Shown in pieces: positions 21,142 through 31,121 of a DNA stretch of 64,000 nt. How positions within the stretch are numbered: the stretch's first letter is position 1; every line of letters begins with the position of its first letter. Position numbers and translations under genes: made by a program. Below the pieces are notes generated by a model. It ran no database searches. It worked only from the letters and a program-made list of their open reading frames with translations, and was not told the DNA's origin. The DNA comes from Candidatus Eiseniibacteriota bacterium (GTDB taxonomy: Bacteria; Eisenbacteria; RBG-16-71-46; CAZEPH01): NCBI GenBank assembly GCA_044229145.1, contig JBGATO010000005.1:36399-100398 (forward strand). The letters are read 5' to 3'.

Positions 21142-23286
21142 CTACTTGACCGGCGCCGGCACCGGGAAGCCGCGCTTGCGCATCAGCGCGTCGGTCGACA
21201 CGTCGCGGCCGCGGAAGGCGCGGAACTCGGCCGCCTGATCCTGCGTGTTGCCGGCTGCCAGCACCGTCGACTTGAAGCGCGCCGCGGTGGCCGCATCCCA
21301 CGGACCGCCGGCCTCGAGGAACGCCTCCCACGCATCGGCGGTGAGCGCGTCCGACCACAGATACGAGTAGTAGCCGGCCGAATAGTCGTCGGTGGCGAAC
21401 ACGTGCGCGAACTGCGGAATGCGGTGGCGCATGACGATCTCCGCCGGCATTCCGAGCTTCGCGAGTTCGTCGCGCTCGAACGCGCGCGCGTCGATGGGCC
21501 CGGCGCCCGCCAAGTGCAGCTTCATGTCGATGAGCGCCGACGCAAGATACTCCACCGTGTCGAAGCCAATGTTGAACCGCTTCGCCTTCTCGATCTTCGC
21601 CAACAGCGACTCCGGCATCGGTTCGCCGGTGCGGTAGTGCGTCGCGAAGCGGCTCAGGATCTCGTGCGTCGGGAACCACTGCTCGTTGATCTGCGAGGGG
21701 AACTCCGCGAAATCCTGCGCGACGTTGGTGCAGGAGAGCGTCGGGTAGTCGACGTTCGACAACAGGCCGTGCAGCGCGTGGCCGAACTCGTGGAACATCG
21801 TCACCGCGTCGTTCCAGCCGATCAGCACCGGCTCGCCCGGCTGCCCCTTCACGAAGTTCGAGTTGTTCGACACGATGGGACGCTGGCCGCCATCCATCAT
21901 GGACTGCAGGCGCCACTCGACCATCCACGCGCCGGAGCCTTTGCCGGCTCGCGCGTACGGATCGAGATACCACAGGCCAAGATGCGCGCCCTGCGCGTCG
22001 GTGACCTCCCACACGCGGACGTCGGGATGCTGCACGCTCTGCTCAGGCAGCGCGACGAAGTGCATGCCGTACAGCGTCTCGGCGGCCCAGAACATGCCGT
22101 CGCGCAGCTTGTCGAGTTGCAGGTACGGCTTCACCTGCTCGAAGTCGAGGTCGTATTGCGCCTTGCGCAGCTTCTCGGCGTAGTAGCGGTAATCCCACGG
22201 GGCGATGCGCACCCCGGCGCCTTCGCCGTCGGCGATCGCCTGCATCGCGGCGACGTCGTCGCGCACTTGCGCGACCGCCGGCGTCCACACCGACTCCATG
22301 AGGCGCATCGCGTTGTCGGGCGTCGCCGCCATCTGCGGCTCGAGCCGCCAGTGCGCGTGCGTGGCGTAGCAAAGAAGTTGCGCGCGCTCGTACCGCAGCT
22401 GCAAGATTTCGGTGACCAGCGCGTTGTTGTCGGTGGAATCGCGGTTGTCGCCACGATTGACGAAGACCGTCCACACCGCCTGCCGCGCCGCGCGATCGTG
22501 CACGAACGTCAAGAACGGCTCCACCGACGACCGCGTGTTGGCGATCACCCACTTCCCCGCCAGGCCACGCTCGGTGGCCGCCTGCGCCGCCGCCTCGCGC
22601 AGGTCGGCGGGCAGGCCATCGACCTGCTGCGCGTCGTCGAAGACCGTGAAGCGCTTCTCTTCGTCGTCGAGGAGATGCTGGCTGAATTCGGTGAAGCACG
22701 ACGCGAGGCGCTGGTTGATCGCGCTGAGTCGTTCCTTCTTCGCCGCATCGAGCGCCGCGCCGGCGCGCACGAAGCGGCGGTAGTAGACCCACGCCAGCCG
22801 CTGCTGTTCCGGCGTCAACCCGCTCGACTCACGCGCTGCGTAGACCGCGGCGATGCGCGCGAACAGTCCCGTGTTCTGCGTGATCTCATCGTCGAACGCG
22901 GCGAGCACCGGCGACAGCGACTCCTGCACCTTCTGCATCGCGTCGAGATTGAGCGTCGACGTGTAGACCTCGTAGAACGCCCCGACGCGCCTGCGGGTCG
23001 CACCGCTGCGCTCGAGCGCCAGGATCGTGTTGTCGAAGGTCGGAGGCGCCGGGTCGTCGACGATGGCGCGCAGCTCGGCGCGCTGCTCGTCCATCGCGAT
23101 GCGGAATGCCGGCACGAACTCGTCGACGCGCGCGACGCTCCAGTCCGGCGCGCCGCCGTGCGGCCCGGTCCACGGATCGAGCATACGCGGACGTCGCGCG
23201 GCATCGGCCCGCGGTGCCATCAGTGTCACGAAGAGCGCGACCGCGGTGCATGCGAGGGCGACTTCCACTACGGGGAAAAATGACAT
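21142..23286 (-). CDS. dcp: M3 family metallopeptidase (peptidyl-dipeptidase Dcp-like), copy 1
   Basis: FHEFGHALHG, EFPSQINE, YSAGYYSYLW; signal peptide; AAGGAG RBS. Confidence 0.93.
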   Translation of the reverse strand: MSFFPVVEVALACTAVALFVTLMAPRADAARRPRMLDPWTGPHGGAPDWSVARVDEFVPAFRIAMDEQRAELRAIVDDPAPPTFDNTILALERSGATRRRVGAFYEVYTSTLNLDAMQKVQESLSPVLAAFDDEITQNTGLFARIAAVYAARESSGLTPEQQRLAWVYYRRFVRAGAALDAAKKERLSAINQRLASCFTEFSQHLLDDEEKRFTVFDDAQQVDGLPADLREAAAQAATERGLAGKWVIANTRSSVEPFLTFVHDRAARQAVWTVFVNRGDNRDSTDNNALVTEILQLRYERAQLLCYATHAHWRLEPQMAATPDNAMRLMESVWTPAVAQVRDDVAAMQAIADGEGAGVRIAPWDYRYYAEKLRKAQYDLDFEQVKPYLQLDKLRDGMFWAAETLYGMHFVALPEQSVQHPDVRVWEVTDAQGAHLGLWYLDPYARAGKGSGAWMVEWRLQSMMDGGQRPIVSNNSNFVKGQPGEPVLIGWNDAVTMFHEFGHALHGLLSNVDYPTLSCTNVAQDFAEFPSQINEQWFPTHEILSRFATHYRTGEPMPESLLAKIEKAKRFNIGFDTVEYLASALIDMKLHLAGAGPIDARAFERDELAKLGMPAEIVMRHRIPQFAHVFATDDYSAGYYSYLWSDALTADAWEAFLEAGGPWDAATAARFKSTVLAAGNTQDQAAEFRAFRGRDVSTDALMRKRGFPVPAPVK

Positions 23287-23329
23287 CGACTGCTCCTTTC
23301 CACGTGCCGCGCCGTGCGGCGGGCGCCGC

Positions 23330-24040
23330 CTAGTCGGCCACGCCATCGTGATTCTCGTCGCGGATGACGCGCAGCGCGCGCTGGACGTTGGCGGCAATCG
23401 TCGAGGCGTTCGCCGGATCGGTGGGATCGAGAGGCCCCCCAGTGTCGACGAACCACGCCGACACGTTTGCGATCACCGTGAGTGATGTGGTGGGGTGCGC
23501 CGCGGTCAGCTCCACGCTTGGCGTCAGGCCGAGCGCGAGCGTGCTCTTGATCGCGCTGATGAAGCGGAACGGCGTGATCGTCTCGCCGTCGCGCGTGTAG
23601 CCGTCGACGATGAGGCTCGTCACCTCCGCCTGCTGCGCGAAGTCGGTGAACGGCGCTTGCAGCGACTCCGGCAGCGCGGTGAGTTCGCTGTCGGCAAGCG
23701 GCCGCAATTCGCACGTGACACGCGAGAACGCGGTCAACGGCGCGCTGCCGGAGAACGCGAGCCGCGGTGGCCCACTGAGCGGCACATCGAGCACGCGCGG
23801 CGTGGTCGTGAGGTCGTAGCTCGCGCCGGAGGGCGTGACGCGGAAACTGCGCACCAGGAGTCGCGCGCGCGTGATGCGCACCGAGTCGAGTCCCGCCACC
23901 GGCTGCACGACGCCCGCGGCCGCCTCGCCGGCGACGTACACCGCGACGCGTCCCGGCACATCCGGCTGCGAACTCGACGAGCACGCGGCGAACGCCGCCG
24001 CCACGCACACCGTCGCCACCGCGAAACCGGCATGCGTCAT
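23330..24040 (-). CDS. Hypothetical lipoprotein
   Basis: FAAC lipobox, beta-rich body, C-terminal DENHDG loop; ATG overlaps the stop of the upstream peptidase. Confidence 0.75.
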   Translation of the reverse strand: MTHAGFAVATVCVAAAFAACSSSSQPDVPGRVAVYVAGEAAAGVVQPVAGLDSVRITRARLLVRSFRVTPSGASYDLTTTPRVLDVPLSGPPRLAFSGSAPLTAFSRVTCELRPLADSELTALPESLQAPFTDFAQQAEVTSLIVDGYTRDGETITPFRFISAIKSTLALGLTPSVELTAAHPTTSLTVIANVSAWFVDTGGPLDPTDPANASTIAANVQRALRVIRDENHDGVAD

Positions 24041-26193
24041 TGCGTCTTCTCCGGCGCCGGAGCCATGAATCCGCGCATCCGCATGTAGGCGTCGGTGTTC
24101 ACGTCACGGCCGCGGAACGCACGGAATTGCTCCGCCTGATCCACCGTGTTGCCGCGCGAGAGGATGGTGTCCTTGAAGCGCGCCGCCACGGTGTGATCCC
24201 ACGGCCCCTTTCCCTCGAGGAAGGCATCCCACGCATCGGCGGTCAGCGCGTCGGCCCAGAGATACGAGTAATAGCCCGCCGAGTAGTTATCGCCCGCGAA
24301 CACGTGACTGAACTGCGTCGTGCGGTGGCGCATGACGATCTCGCGCGGCATGCCGAGCTTCTCGAGCTCGGTGCGCTCGAACGTGTCGGGATCGATCGGC
24401 CCGGCGCCCGCGAGGTGCAGCTTCATGTCGATGAGGGCAGACGACAGGTATTCGACGGTCTCGAAGCCGACGTTGAAGCGCTTCGCCTTTTCGATCTTGG
24501 CGAGCAGCGTGGCCGGCATCGGCTTGCCGGTCTTGTAGTGCACCGCGAACTGCTGCAGCACCTCCGGCGTGCTCAGCCAATGCTCGTTGATCTGCGACGG
24601 AAACTCGACGAAGTCGCGCGCCACGGAGGTGCCGGCGAGCGTCGGGTATTGCACGTGCGACTGCAACCCGTGCAGCGCGTGCCCGAACTCGTGGAACATC
24701 GTCTCGGCGTCGGACCACGAAATCAGCACCGGCGCGCCATCGGCGCCCTTCACGAAATTCGAGTTGTTGGACACGATGGGCGTGACCGCGCCGTCGAAGG
24801 CCTCCTGATTGCGGTACGCATTCATCCACGCACCCGACCGCTTGCCCGCCCGCGCGTAGGGATCGAAGTACCAGTAGCCCACGTGAGCGCCAGCGTCGCC
24901 GGTGACCTCCCACACGCGGACGTCGGGATGCTGCGTCGGGAATCCCGGCTGCGGCGTGAAGTGCAGGCCGTAGAGCTGGCCCGCGGCCCAGAACATGCCC
25001 TCGCGCAGCTTCTCGAGTTGCAGGTACGGCTTCACGTCGTTGAAGTCGAGGTCGTAGAGCTTCTTCCGCAGCTTTTCGGCGTAGAAGCGGTAGTCCCACG
25101 GCTGGAGGCGGAAACCCGCGCCCTCGGCGTCGGCGATTTCCTGCATCGCGGCGACGTCCGCGTGTACCTGCGCGACCGCGGGCTTCCACACCTGCAACAT
25201 CAAGTCGAGTGCGCGCTCCGGCGTGCCGGCCATCTGCGGCTCGACCCGCCACGCCGCGTGATTGGCGTAGCCGAGGAGCTGCGCGCGTTCGTAGCGCAGC
25301 TGCAAGATCTCGGTGACGATCGCCGAGTTGTCCGTGGAGTCGCGGTTGTCGCCGCGCATGATGAAGGTCGTCCACACCTTCTGGCGCAGGTCCCGGTTCT
25401 CCGCGAACGACAAGAACGGCTCGACCGACGACCGTGTGTTGGCGATCAGCCACTTGCCGGCGAACCCGCGGTCGGTTGCCGCGCGAGCCGCCGCGGCGCG
25501 CACGTCGTCTGGCACGCCAGCGAGACCGGACGCGTCCTCGATCAGCGTGAAGCGGCGCGTCTCGTCATCGAGCACGTTCTGGCTGAATTGCGTGAACAGC
25601 GTCGCGAGCCGCGTGTTGATGGCGGCGAGCCGCGCCTTCTTCCCCGCGTCGAGACGCGCGCCGGCGCGGACGAAACGGGTGTAGTAGTGCCACGCCAGCC
25701 GCTGTTGCTCGGGCGTGAGGCCGGAGGTCTGGCGCGCGGCGTACACCGCTTCGATGCGCGCGAACAGCGGCGCATTCTGGGTGATCTCGTCCTCGAACGC
25801 GGCGAGAATCGGCGCCACCTGCTTCTGGATCGCGGGCATCGGCCCGAGATTGAGCGTGCCGGCATGCACGTTGAACAACGTTTCGACACGCTCCCGCTCG
25901 CTGCCGGCGCGCTCCATCGCCGCGATCGTGTTGTCGAAGGTCGGCGGCGCAGGGTTGGCGACCAGCGCGCGCAGCTCGGCGCGTTCGTCGTCGAGCGCGA
26001 TCGTGAACGCGCGGACGAATTCATCGGGGTGGACCTTCGACCAATCGGGCGCGCCGCCGTGCGCGCCGGTCCACGGATCGAGCATGGCGGGACGCGGCTC
26101 GGACGCCGCGCGCGACGGGGACGCACTCACCAGGCAGATTCCTCCCAGCGCGACGGCCGCCGCAAATCGGCGCACCACGGGCAACACGGGCAT
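24037..26193 (-). CDS. dcp: M3 family metallopeptidase (Dcp-like), copy 2
   Basis: FHEFGHALHG, RDFVEFPSQINE, GKRSGAWM, YSAGYYSYLW; signal peptide. Confidence 0.94.
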   Translation of the reverse strand: MPVLPVVRRFAAAVALGGICLVSASPSRAASEPRPAMLDPWTGAHGGAPDWSKVHPDEFVRAFTIALDDERAELRALVANPAPPTFDNTIAAMERAGSERERVETLFNVHAGTLNLGPMPAIQKQVAPILAAFEDEITQNAPLFARIEAVYAARQTSGLTPEQQRLAWHYYTRFVRAGARLDAGKKARLAAINTRLATLFTQFSQNVLDDETRRFTLIEDASGLAGVPDDVRAAAARAATDRGFAGKWLIANTRSSVEPFLSFAENRDLRQKVWTTFIMRGDNRDSTDNSAIVTEILQLRYERAQLLGYANHAAWRVEPQMAGTPERALDLMLQVWKPAVAQVHADVAAMQEIADAEGAGFRLQPWDYRFYAEKLRKKLYDLDFNDVKPYLQLEKLREGMFWAAGQLYGLHFTPQPGFPTQHPDVRVWEVTGDAGAHVGYWYFDPYARAGKRSGAWMNAYRNQEAFDGAVTPIVSNNSNFVKGADGAPVLISWSDAETMFHEFGHALHGLQSHVQYPTLAGTSVARDFVEFPSQINEHWLSTPEVLQQFAVHYKTGKPMPATLLAKIEKAKRFNVGFETVEYLSSALIDMKLHLAGAGPIDPDTFERTELEKLGMPREIVMRHRTTQFSHVFAGDNYSAGYYSYLWADALTADAWDAFLEGKGPWDHTVAARFKDTILSRGNTVDQAEQFRAFRGRDVNTDAYMRMRGFMAPAPEKTQ

Positions 26194-26384
26194 GACGACA
26201 CACTCCACGGGACTCGGACGGAACACGGGCCGGGAAGGCACAGGGGGCTGCGGTGCCGGCGACGAAGGACACGGAGGCCGTGACTGTACTGCAATTCCGC
26301 CGCCGCGTCCGCGCCGAAACCGGCCGGGTCCACGCGCCGAGTGCGTCCGGGACGCCGCCTGCGCCGCCTGCTAGGCTGCGCGCC

Positions 26385-27722
26385 ATGTCGACGCCCGTCT
26401 CCCCCACCCCGGTCACCCTGCGCGCCGTGCTGCGCGCCTGGTGGCCCCTGGCCGCCAGCTGGCTGCTCATGGGGCTCGAGTTGCCGGCGGTCAGCGCGGT
26501 GATGGCGCGGCTGCCGGACTCCACCGTGAGCCTCGCGGCCTACGGCGGCGTGGTGTTCCCGCTTGCCCTCATGATCGAAGGGCCGATCATCATGCTGCTG
26601 GCGGCCTCGACGGCGCTCTCGAAGGATTGGCCGTCCTACTGCCGGGTGCGGCGATTCATGTGGGCGGCGTCGGGGGCGCTCACGGTGGTGCACATCGCGG
26701 TGGCGTTCACGCCGCTCTACGACGTGGTGGTCCGCGGAGCCTTGCATGCGCCGCCGGAAATCGTCGAGCCGGCGCGGCTCGGCCTGCGCATCATGACGCC
26801 GTGGACGATGTCGATCGCCTACCGCCGCGTGCAACAGGGCGTGATGATCCGGCTCGACCGCTCGTGGGCGGTGAGCGTCGGTACGCTGGCGCGGTTGGCG
26901 GCGAATCTCGCGGTGCTCGGCTTCGGGCTGTGGTGGCAGCGCGCGCCGGGCATCGTGGTGGGGACGGCCGCGGTGGCGGCCGGCGTCATGTGCGAAGCCG
27001 CGGTATCGGCGCTGCTCGTACGTCCGGTGCTGCGCGACATCGTGAAGCCGGCCCCGCACGTCGCCCCGCTCACGCTACGCGCTTTCGTGCGGTTCTACGC
27101 GCCGCTCGCCGCGACGCCGCTCATCGGGTTCTTCGCCATGCCGATGGCGAGCGCCGCCATGGGACGCATGCCGCACACCCTGGAGTCGCTGGCCGCGTGG
27201 CCGGTGGTGAATGGGCTCACCTTCACGGTGCGCAGCGCCGGCTTCGCCTTCAACGAGGTCGTGGTGGCGCTCTTGGAGCGGCCCCACGCGACGCGGGTGC
27301 TCCGGCGCTTCACCTACGCCCTCGCGGCCGGAACGGCCTGCCTGCTCGCGCTCATCGCCCTCACCCCGCTCAGTCAGGTGTGGTTCGTCTCGGTGAGTGC
27401 ATTGCCCGCGAATCTCGTGGCGTTGGCGCGCACGGCCTTGCTGCTCTCCGTGATCGCGCCCGCGTTTAGTGTTTTGCAGAGTTGGTATCAGGGCGCCATC
27501 GTGCACAGTCGCGCCACCCGCGGAGTCACCGAGTCGATGGTGGTGTATCTCGGCAGCATCGCGCTGATGCTCGGCGCCGGCATCGCATGGGGTCGCACCG
27601 CCGGCTTGTGGATCGCCGTCACCGCGTTGGTGTGGGGCAACGGCGCGCAGGTGGCGTGGCTGTGGTTCCGCGCGCGCGCGCGGCTGGCGGTGCTGGCACG
27701 CCGCGACGCCGCCGCGGCCTAG
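26385..27722 (+). CDS. Multi-pass membrane protein, MATE/MOP-flippase-like
   Basis: About 12 hydrophobic segments in two similar halves (WWPLAAS..LAAYG / YAPLAAT..LAAWP). Confidence 0.7.
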   Translation: MSTPVSPTPVTLRAVLRAWWPLAASWLLMGLELPAVSAVMARLPDSTVSLAAYGGVVFPLALMIEGPIIMLLAASTALSKDWPSYCRVRRFMWAASGALTVVHIAVAFTPLYDVVVRGALHAPPEIVEPARLGLRIMTPWTMSIAYRRVQQGVMIRLDRSWAVSVGTLARLAANLAVLGFGLWWQRAPGIVVGTAAVAAGVMCEAAVSALLVRPVLRDIVKPAPHVAPLTLRAFVRFYAPLAATPLIGFFAMPMASAAMGRMPHTLESLAAWPVVNGLTFTVRSAGFAFNEVVVALLERPHATRVLRRFTYALAAGTACLLALIALTPLSQVWFVSVSALPANLVALARTALLLSVIAPAFSVLQSWYQGAIVHSRATRGVTESMVVYLGSIALMLGAGIAWGRTAGLWIAVTALVWGNGAQVAWLWFRARARLAVLARRDAAAA

Positions 27723-28600
27723 CCGTACTGCACCGAGCGCTTGGTCATCGGCCCACTGTCCCAGCCGAGGATCGGGAACGTCGAGGCGCCGCCTGCCACC
27801 ATCGCCGCGCCCTGCGCGACGATGACCGGCACGAAGTGCTCGTGGGTCGGCAGCACACGCGGAACCGACGGCGCCTGGGCGCGATAGTCGAGCAGCGCGT
27901 CGACATCCTGGCGCGCGAGCACATCGCCGATCCAGTCGTCGAAACCGCGTGCCCACGCCGGAATCGGCGCCCCGGGCCGCGGGTCGAGTTCACGCAGGTT
28001 GTGCGTGAGGAAACCACTGCCGACGATCAACACGCCCTCGTCCCGCAGCGGCGCGAGCTCCTGCCCCACGGCCAGCAAGGTGCGCGGATCCATGCTCGGC
28101 AGCGAGATCTGGAGCACCGGAATATCGGCCTCGGGATACATGGCGATGAGCGGCACGTACGCCCCGTGATCGAGACCGCGTTCCGGCGCGAATACCAGTT
28201 CGCGCGACGGTTGCAGGAGTTCGACCACGCGCGTCGCGAGTTCCGGCGCCCCCGGCGACGGATATTGCAGGCGGTAGAACTCGGCGGGAAAGCCGTAGAA
28301 GTCGTAGATGAGCGGCGCGCGATGCACGGCACCGATCGCCAACGGCGCATTCTCCCAGTGCGCGCTGATCATGAGGATGGCGCGCGGCCGCGGGAGCGCG
28401 CGCGCCCACGCGGCGAGTTCGTCGACCCACGGCTGGTTGGCGAGCAAGAACGGCGAACCGTGCGCCAGGAAGAGAACCGGCATGCGAGCCGGCGAGGCGG
28501 ATTCCATGGTCGAAGTGTCCTCCGCGGACCGCGCCAGGCGCGGCCACGCCGCCGCGGCCAACGCGGCGGCGAGAGCCTGCATCCCTGTGCGACGAGTCAT
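27719..28600 (-). CDS. DODA/YgiD-type extradiol dioxygenase
   Basis: LFLAHGSP, ISAHW, IYDFYGFP, RGLDHGAYVPL, GSGFLTHNL, PTHEHFVP. Confidence 0.93.
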   Translation of the reverse strand: MTRRTGMQALAAALAAAAWPRLARSAEDTSTMESASPARMPVLFLAHGSPFLLANQPWVDELAAWARALPRPRAILMISAHWENAPLAIGAVHRAPLIYDFYGFPAEFYRLQYPSPGAPELATRVVELLQPSRELVFAPERGLDHGAYVPLIAMYPEADIPVLQISLPSMDPRTLLAVGQELAPLRDEGVLIVGSGFLTHNLRELDPRPGAPIPAWARGFDDWIGDVLARQDVDALLDYRAQAPSVPRVLPTHEHFVPVIVAQGAAMVAGGASTFPILGWDSGPMTKRSVQYG

Positions 28601-28645
28601 GCGAGTATCGGGCGGCGGCGGAGCGGACTCCGCCGCCGCGTCTCA

Positions 28646-29512
28646 CTAGGCCGGGGTGAGGTGCCGCGCCACGTCGGACACCGTGAGCGTGCCGAACCGG
28701 CGTTCCATCGCCGTCCCCTGCGACGCCACGCGTCCATCGTTGATCGCCCCAAGCATTTCATGGAAGAGCGCCGCGACGCCAGCGGTGAAGCCGAGACCGG
28801 TGAGCGTCGGCACGACGTAGTCCAGCGGTCCGCTCATCGAGGTCACGGGCCGTCCGAACAGCGTCGAGAGTTCGGCCGCGACCTGCTCCGGCGTGTACGG
28901 CTGCGGGCCGAGCAGTTCGACTACGCGCACGCCCTGCGATGGGGCCACCATGAGATCTGCCGCGAGGCGGCCGATATCGCGCGAGGCGATCATCTGCACC
29001 GGCTGCTGCGGCGCCAGGAACGTCATCAGCGTGCCGTTCGCCTTCGCCTCGCCGAGCACCGGTGCCCAATTCTCGAAGAAGTAGGCGGCGCGCAGGAAGG
29101 TCACGGCCTTGCCGGTGGCCTTCAGCAGTTCTTCGGTATTGTGCAATGTGCGGATCGGTCCGGTGCCGGCGGCATGCTCGGCTCCCAGCGAAGACAACAA
29201 GACGACGTGCCCGACATCGCTGTCGCGCGTCGCCTGCGCCAGCGCGTCGACGATCGGGCGCTGCGCCGCCGGCATGTCCTCGGCGCCGTAGATTGGGGGC
29301 ACCAGCAGATACGCGGCGGTCGCGCCGCGGAGCGCCGTGGTGAGCGCGCCGGCATCCGACAATTCAAGAACCGCCACCTCGGCGCCCCGCGCCTTCCACA
29401 CTTCGCCCTGTCCCGCCTGGCGGACGATCACCCGCACCGCTTCGCCATGCGCCAACAACGTCGAGGCGACGACCGCCCCCGTGTTCCCGGTCACTCCTGC
29501 AACGACATACAT
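28646..29512 (-). CDS. NmrA-like NAD(P)-binding atypical SDR
   Basis: VAGVTGNTG Rossmann motif, HVVLLSSLGA, LRAAYFFEN; AAGGAG RBS. Confidence 0.9.
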   Translation of the reverse strand: MYVVAGVTGNTGAVVASTLLAHGEAVRVIVRQAGQGEVWKARGAEVAVLELSDAGALTTALRGATAAYLLVPPIYGAEDMPAAQRPIVDALAQATRDSDVGHVVLLSSLGAEHAAGTGPIRTLHNTEELLKATGKAVTFLRAAYFFENWAPVLGEAKANGTLMTFLAPQQPVQMIASRDIGRLAADLMVAPSQGVRVVELLGPQPYTPEQVAAELSTLFGRPVTSMSGPLDYVVPTLTGLGFTAGVAALFHEMLGAINDGRVASQGTAMERRFGTLTVSDVARHLTPA

Positions 29513-29586
29513 CGTGATTTCGCTCCTTCGGTGTGTCCCCCGCCGTCTCGCGCCCGCAGGCCGAGTGGTATTCGTCGCATAGTCGG

Positions 29587-30045
29587 TTACAGATCGTGAA
29601 AGCCGACGGGCGTCGCCGCGCGGCCGCCGCGCGCCTTTCGACGCACCTCGCGGGCCACATCGGCAATCGACTGCTCCGCCAGACTGGCGAGGAATGCGCG
29701 CTCCGCCCGCTCGCCGATGCCCTCGACGACACCACGCACGTGCCGCCCGACCGGACACGCCGGATTCGGGCGGTGCGCACGCGGTGCGGTGCCCGCCTCC
29801 TCCACCGCGCGGAACACGGCATCGAGCCGGATGTCCGCTGGCGGACGCGAGAGCCGGAAGCCTCCCGCCGGCCCGACGCGCCCGGTGACGAACCCCGCCG
29901 CGCCCAAGCTGCGCAGCAGGCGGCGGATCACCACCGGATGCGTGCGCACGCTGCCAGCGATGTACGCCGACGTGCATGGCTCCGGCTCCTGCGCCAGCAG
30001 CGCCAACACGTGCACGGCAACGGCGAAGCGGACATTCGAGATCAT
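29587..30045 (-). CDS. Rrf2 family transcriptional regulator
   Basis: RFAVAVHVL, TSAYIAGSV.THPVVIRR, GPAGGFRL, PNPACPVG. Confidence 0.93.
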   Translation of the reverse strand: MISNVRFAVAVHVLALLAQEPEPCTSAYIAGSVRTHPVVIRRLLRSLGAAGFVTGRVGPAGGFRLSRPPADIRLDAVFRAVEEAGTAPRAHRPNPACPVGRHVRGVVEGIGERAERAFLASLAEQSIADVAREVRRKARGGRAATPVGFHDL

Positions 30046-30062
30046 GACGGCCCCTCACTAAC

Positions 30063-30081
30063 TGCAACCGACACTGCTACA
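30063..30081. promoter_or_regulatory. Imperfect palindrome, candidate Rrf2 operator
   Basis: TGCAAC-N7-GCTACA directly upstream of rrf2; related TGTAAC half-site at 29586-29591 upstream of the SDR. Confidence 0.4.
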
Positions 30082-30186
30082 GATGCGGGTATCAGGCAAC
30101 CCGATTCACGGGGCTCCCCGATTTTCGCTCGCCGTGCCGATGCGGTATGATCCGCGCTCCGTTCCCCACGTATCCGAGGATTCCCC

Positions 30187-31089
30187 ATGACACCCGCCGA
30201 ACCATTGCTGGTCTGGTCCGATGCGCTCGAAGAGTTCATCGGATTCGTCGCCGCGTTCTGCGCGGCCGGTGCCATCGGACTGCGCTTCGCCGTGCTGCGC
30301 GGCCTCACCGGCGCGGGCAGCGACGAGGCAGACCACCGGCTCGCCGGCCGCATCGCGCAACGCGGTGCGTGGGTCGGCGCGCTCGGCGCGGCGATTTCCG
30401 CCGCGCTCTGGGCGGTGGCGGTCCCGGAGTTCGCGCAGCGCCGGCAGATGACGGTGCCGGCGCTCTTGCTGTCGATGCCGGCGATGCAGATCCAGGCAAC
30501 CTGCCTGGTCCTCGCGCTGGTGGGATTCGTGGGGGCCGCGCGTCGCTCCGACTTCGGCTGGCTGCTCGCGGCGCTCGGCGTCAGCGTCGCGCCCTTCCGC
30601 GGCCTGGTGACCGGTGATCCGCTCCGATTGGTCAATCCGGTGCACGAGTTCGCCGGCGGTTTGTGGATCGGCACGCTCGCGTACCTCGTCGTGCTGGCGA
30701 TTCCCGGCGCGCTGGGCGAGACGCTCCCGCGTGCGCGGCGAGGTGCCGCGGTGGCGTCCCTGGTGAGCGCCTTCTCCCCGCTCGCATTGATCGCCGTGCC
30801 GGTGCTGGCGCTGTGCGGGGCGATCACCGCGTGGCGCCATCTCCATGGCCTGCACAACCTCTGGACCACTCCCTATGGCTGGGCGTTGGTGGTGAAGTTG
30901 GCGCTGGTCGCCGTGGTCGCCGGATTGGGGTGGAGCAATTGGAAGCGGCACACGCCGCGCCTGGGCAGCGAGGACGCCGCGCACGGCATCCTCCGCAGCG
31001 CGCGTGCCGAGACCGCCTTCGCGGTGTTGGTGCTGATCGCCACCGCAATTTTGGTGAGTCTCCCCTCGCCGGAACCTCCGGGCCGTTGA
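30187..31089 (+). CDS. CopD-like inner membrane protein
   Basis: About 8 TM segments; VHEFAGGLWIG, FS.LA, LWTTPYGWALVVKL. Confidence 0.75.
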   Translation: MTPAEPLLVWSDALEEFIGFVAAFCAAGAIGLRFAVLRGLTGAGSDEADHRLAGRIAQRGAWVGALGAAISAALWAVAVPEFAQRRQMTVPALLLSMPAMQIQATCLVLALVGFVGAARRSDFGWLLAALGVSVAPFRGLVTGDPLRLVNPVHEFAGGLWIGTLAYLVVLAIPGALGETLPRARRGAAVASLVSAFSPLALIAVPVLALCGAITAWRHLHGLHNLWTTPYGWALVVKLALVAVVAGLGWSNWKRHTPRLGSEDAAHGILRSARAETAFAVLVLIATAILVSLPSPEPPGR

Positions 31090-31121
31090 TCCCGCCGGCC
31101 CCTGACGAAAGGAACCGCTCG

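Noticed and set aside
20982..21142. Integration site at tRNA-Gln
   Set aside because: No att duplication or mobile genes; the tRNA is followed directly by a convergent peptidase
21067..26283. Long plus-strand ORFs (738 aa, 747 aa) and similar antisense ORFs elsewhere (18894-20924, 33347-36937, 44898-47426, 61206-63305)
   Set aside because: Arg/Ala-rich with no motifs, lying opposite well-supported genes; expected in high-GC DNA
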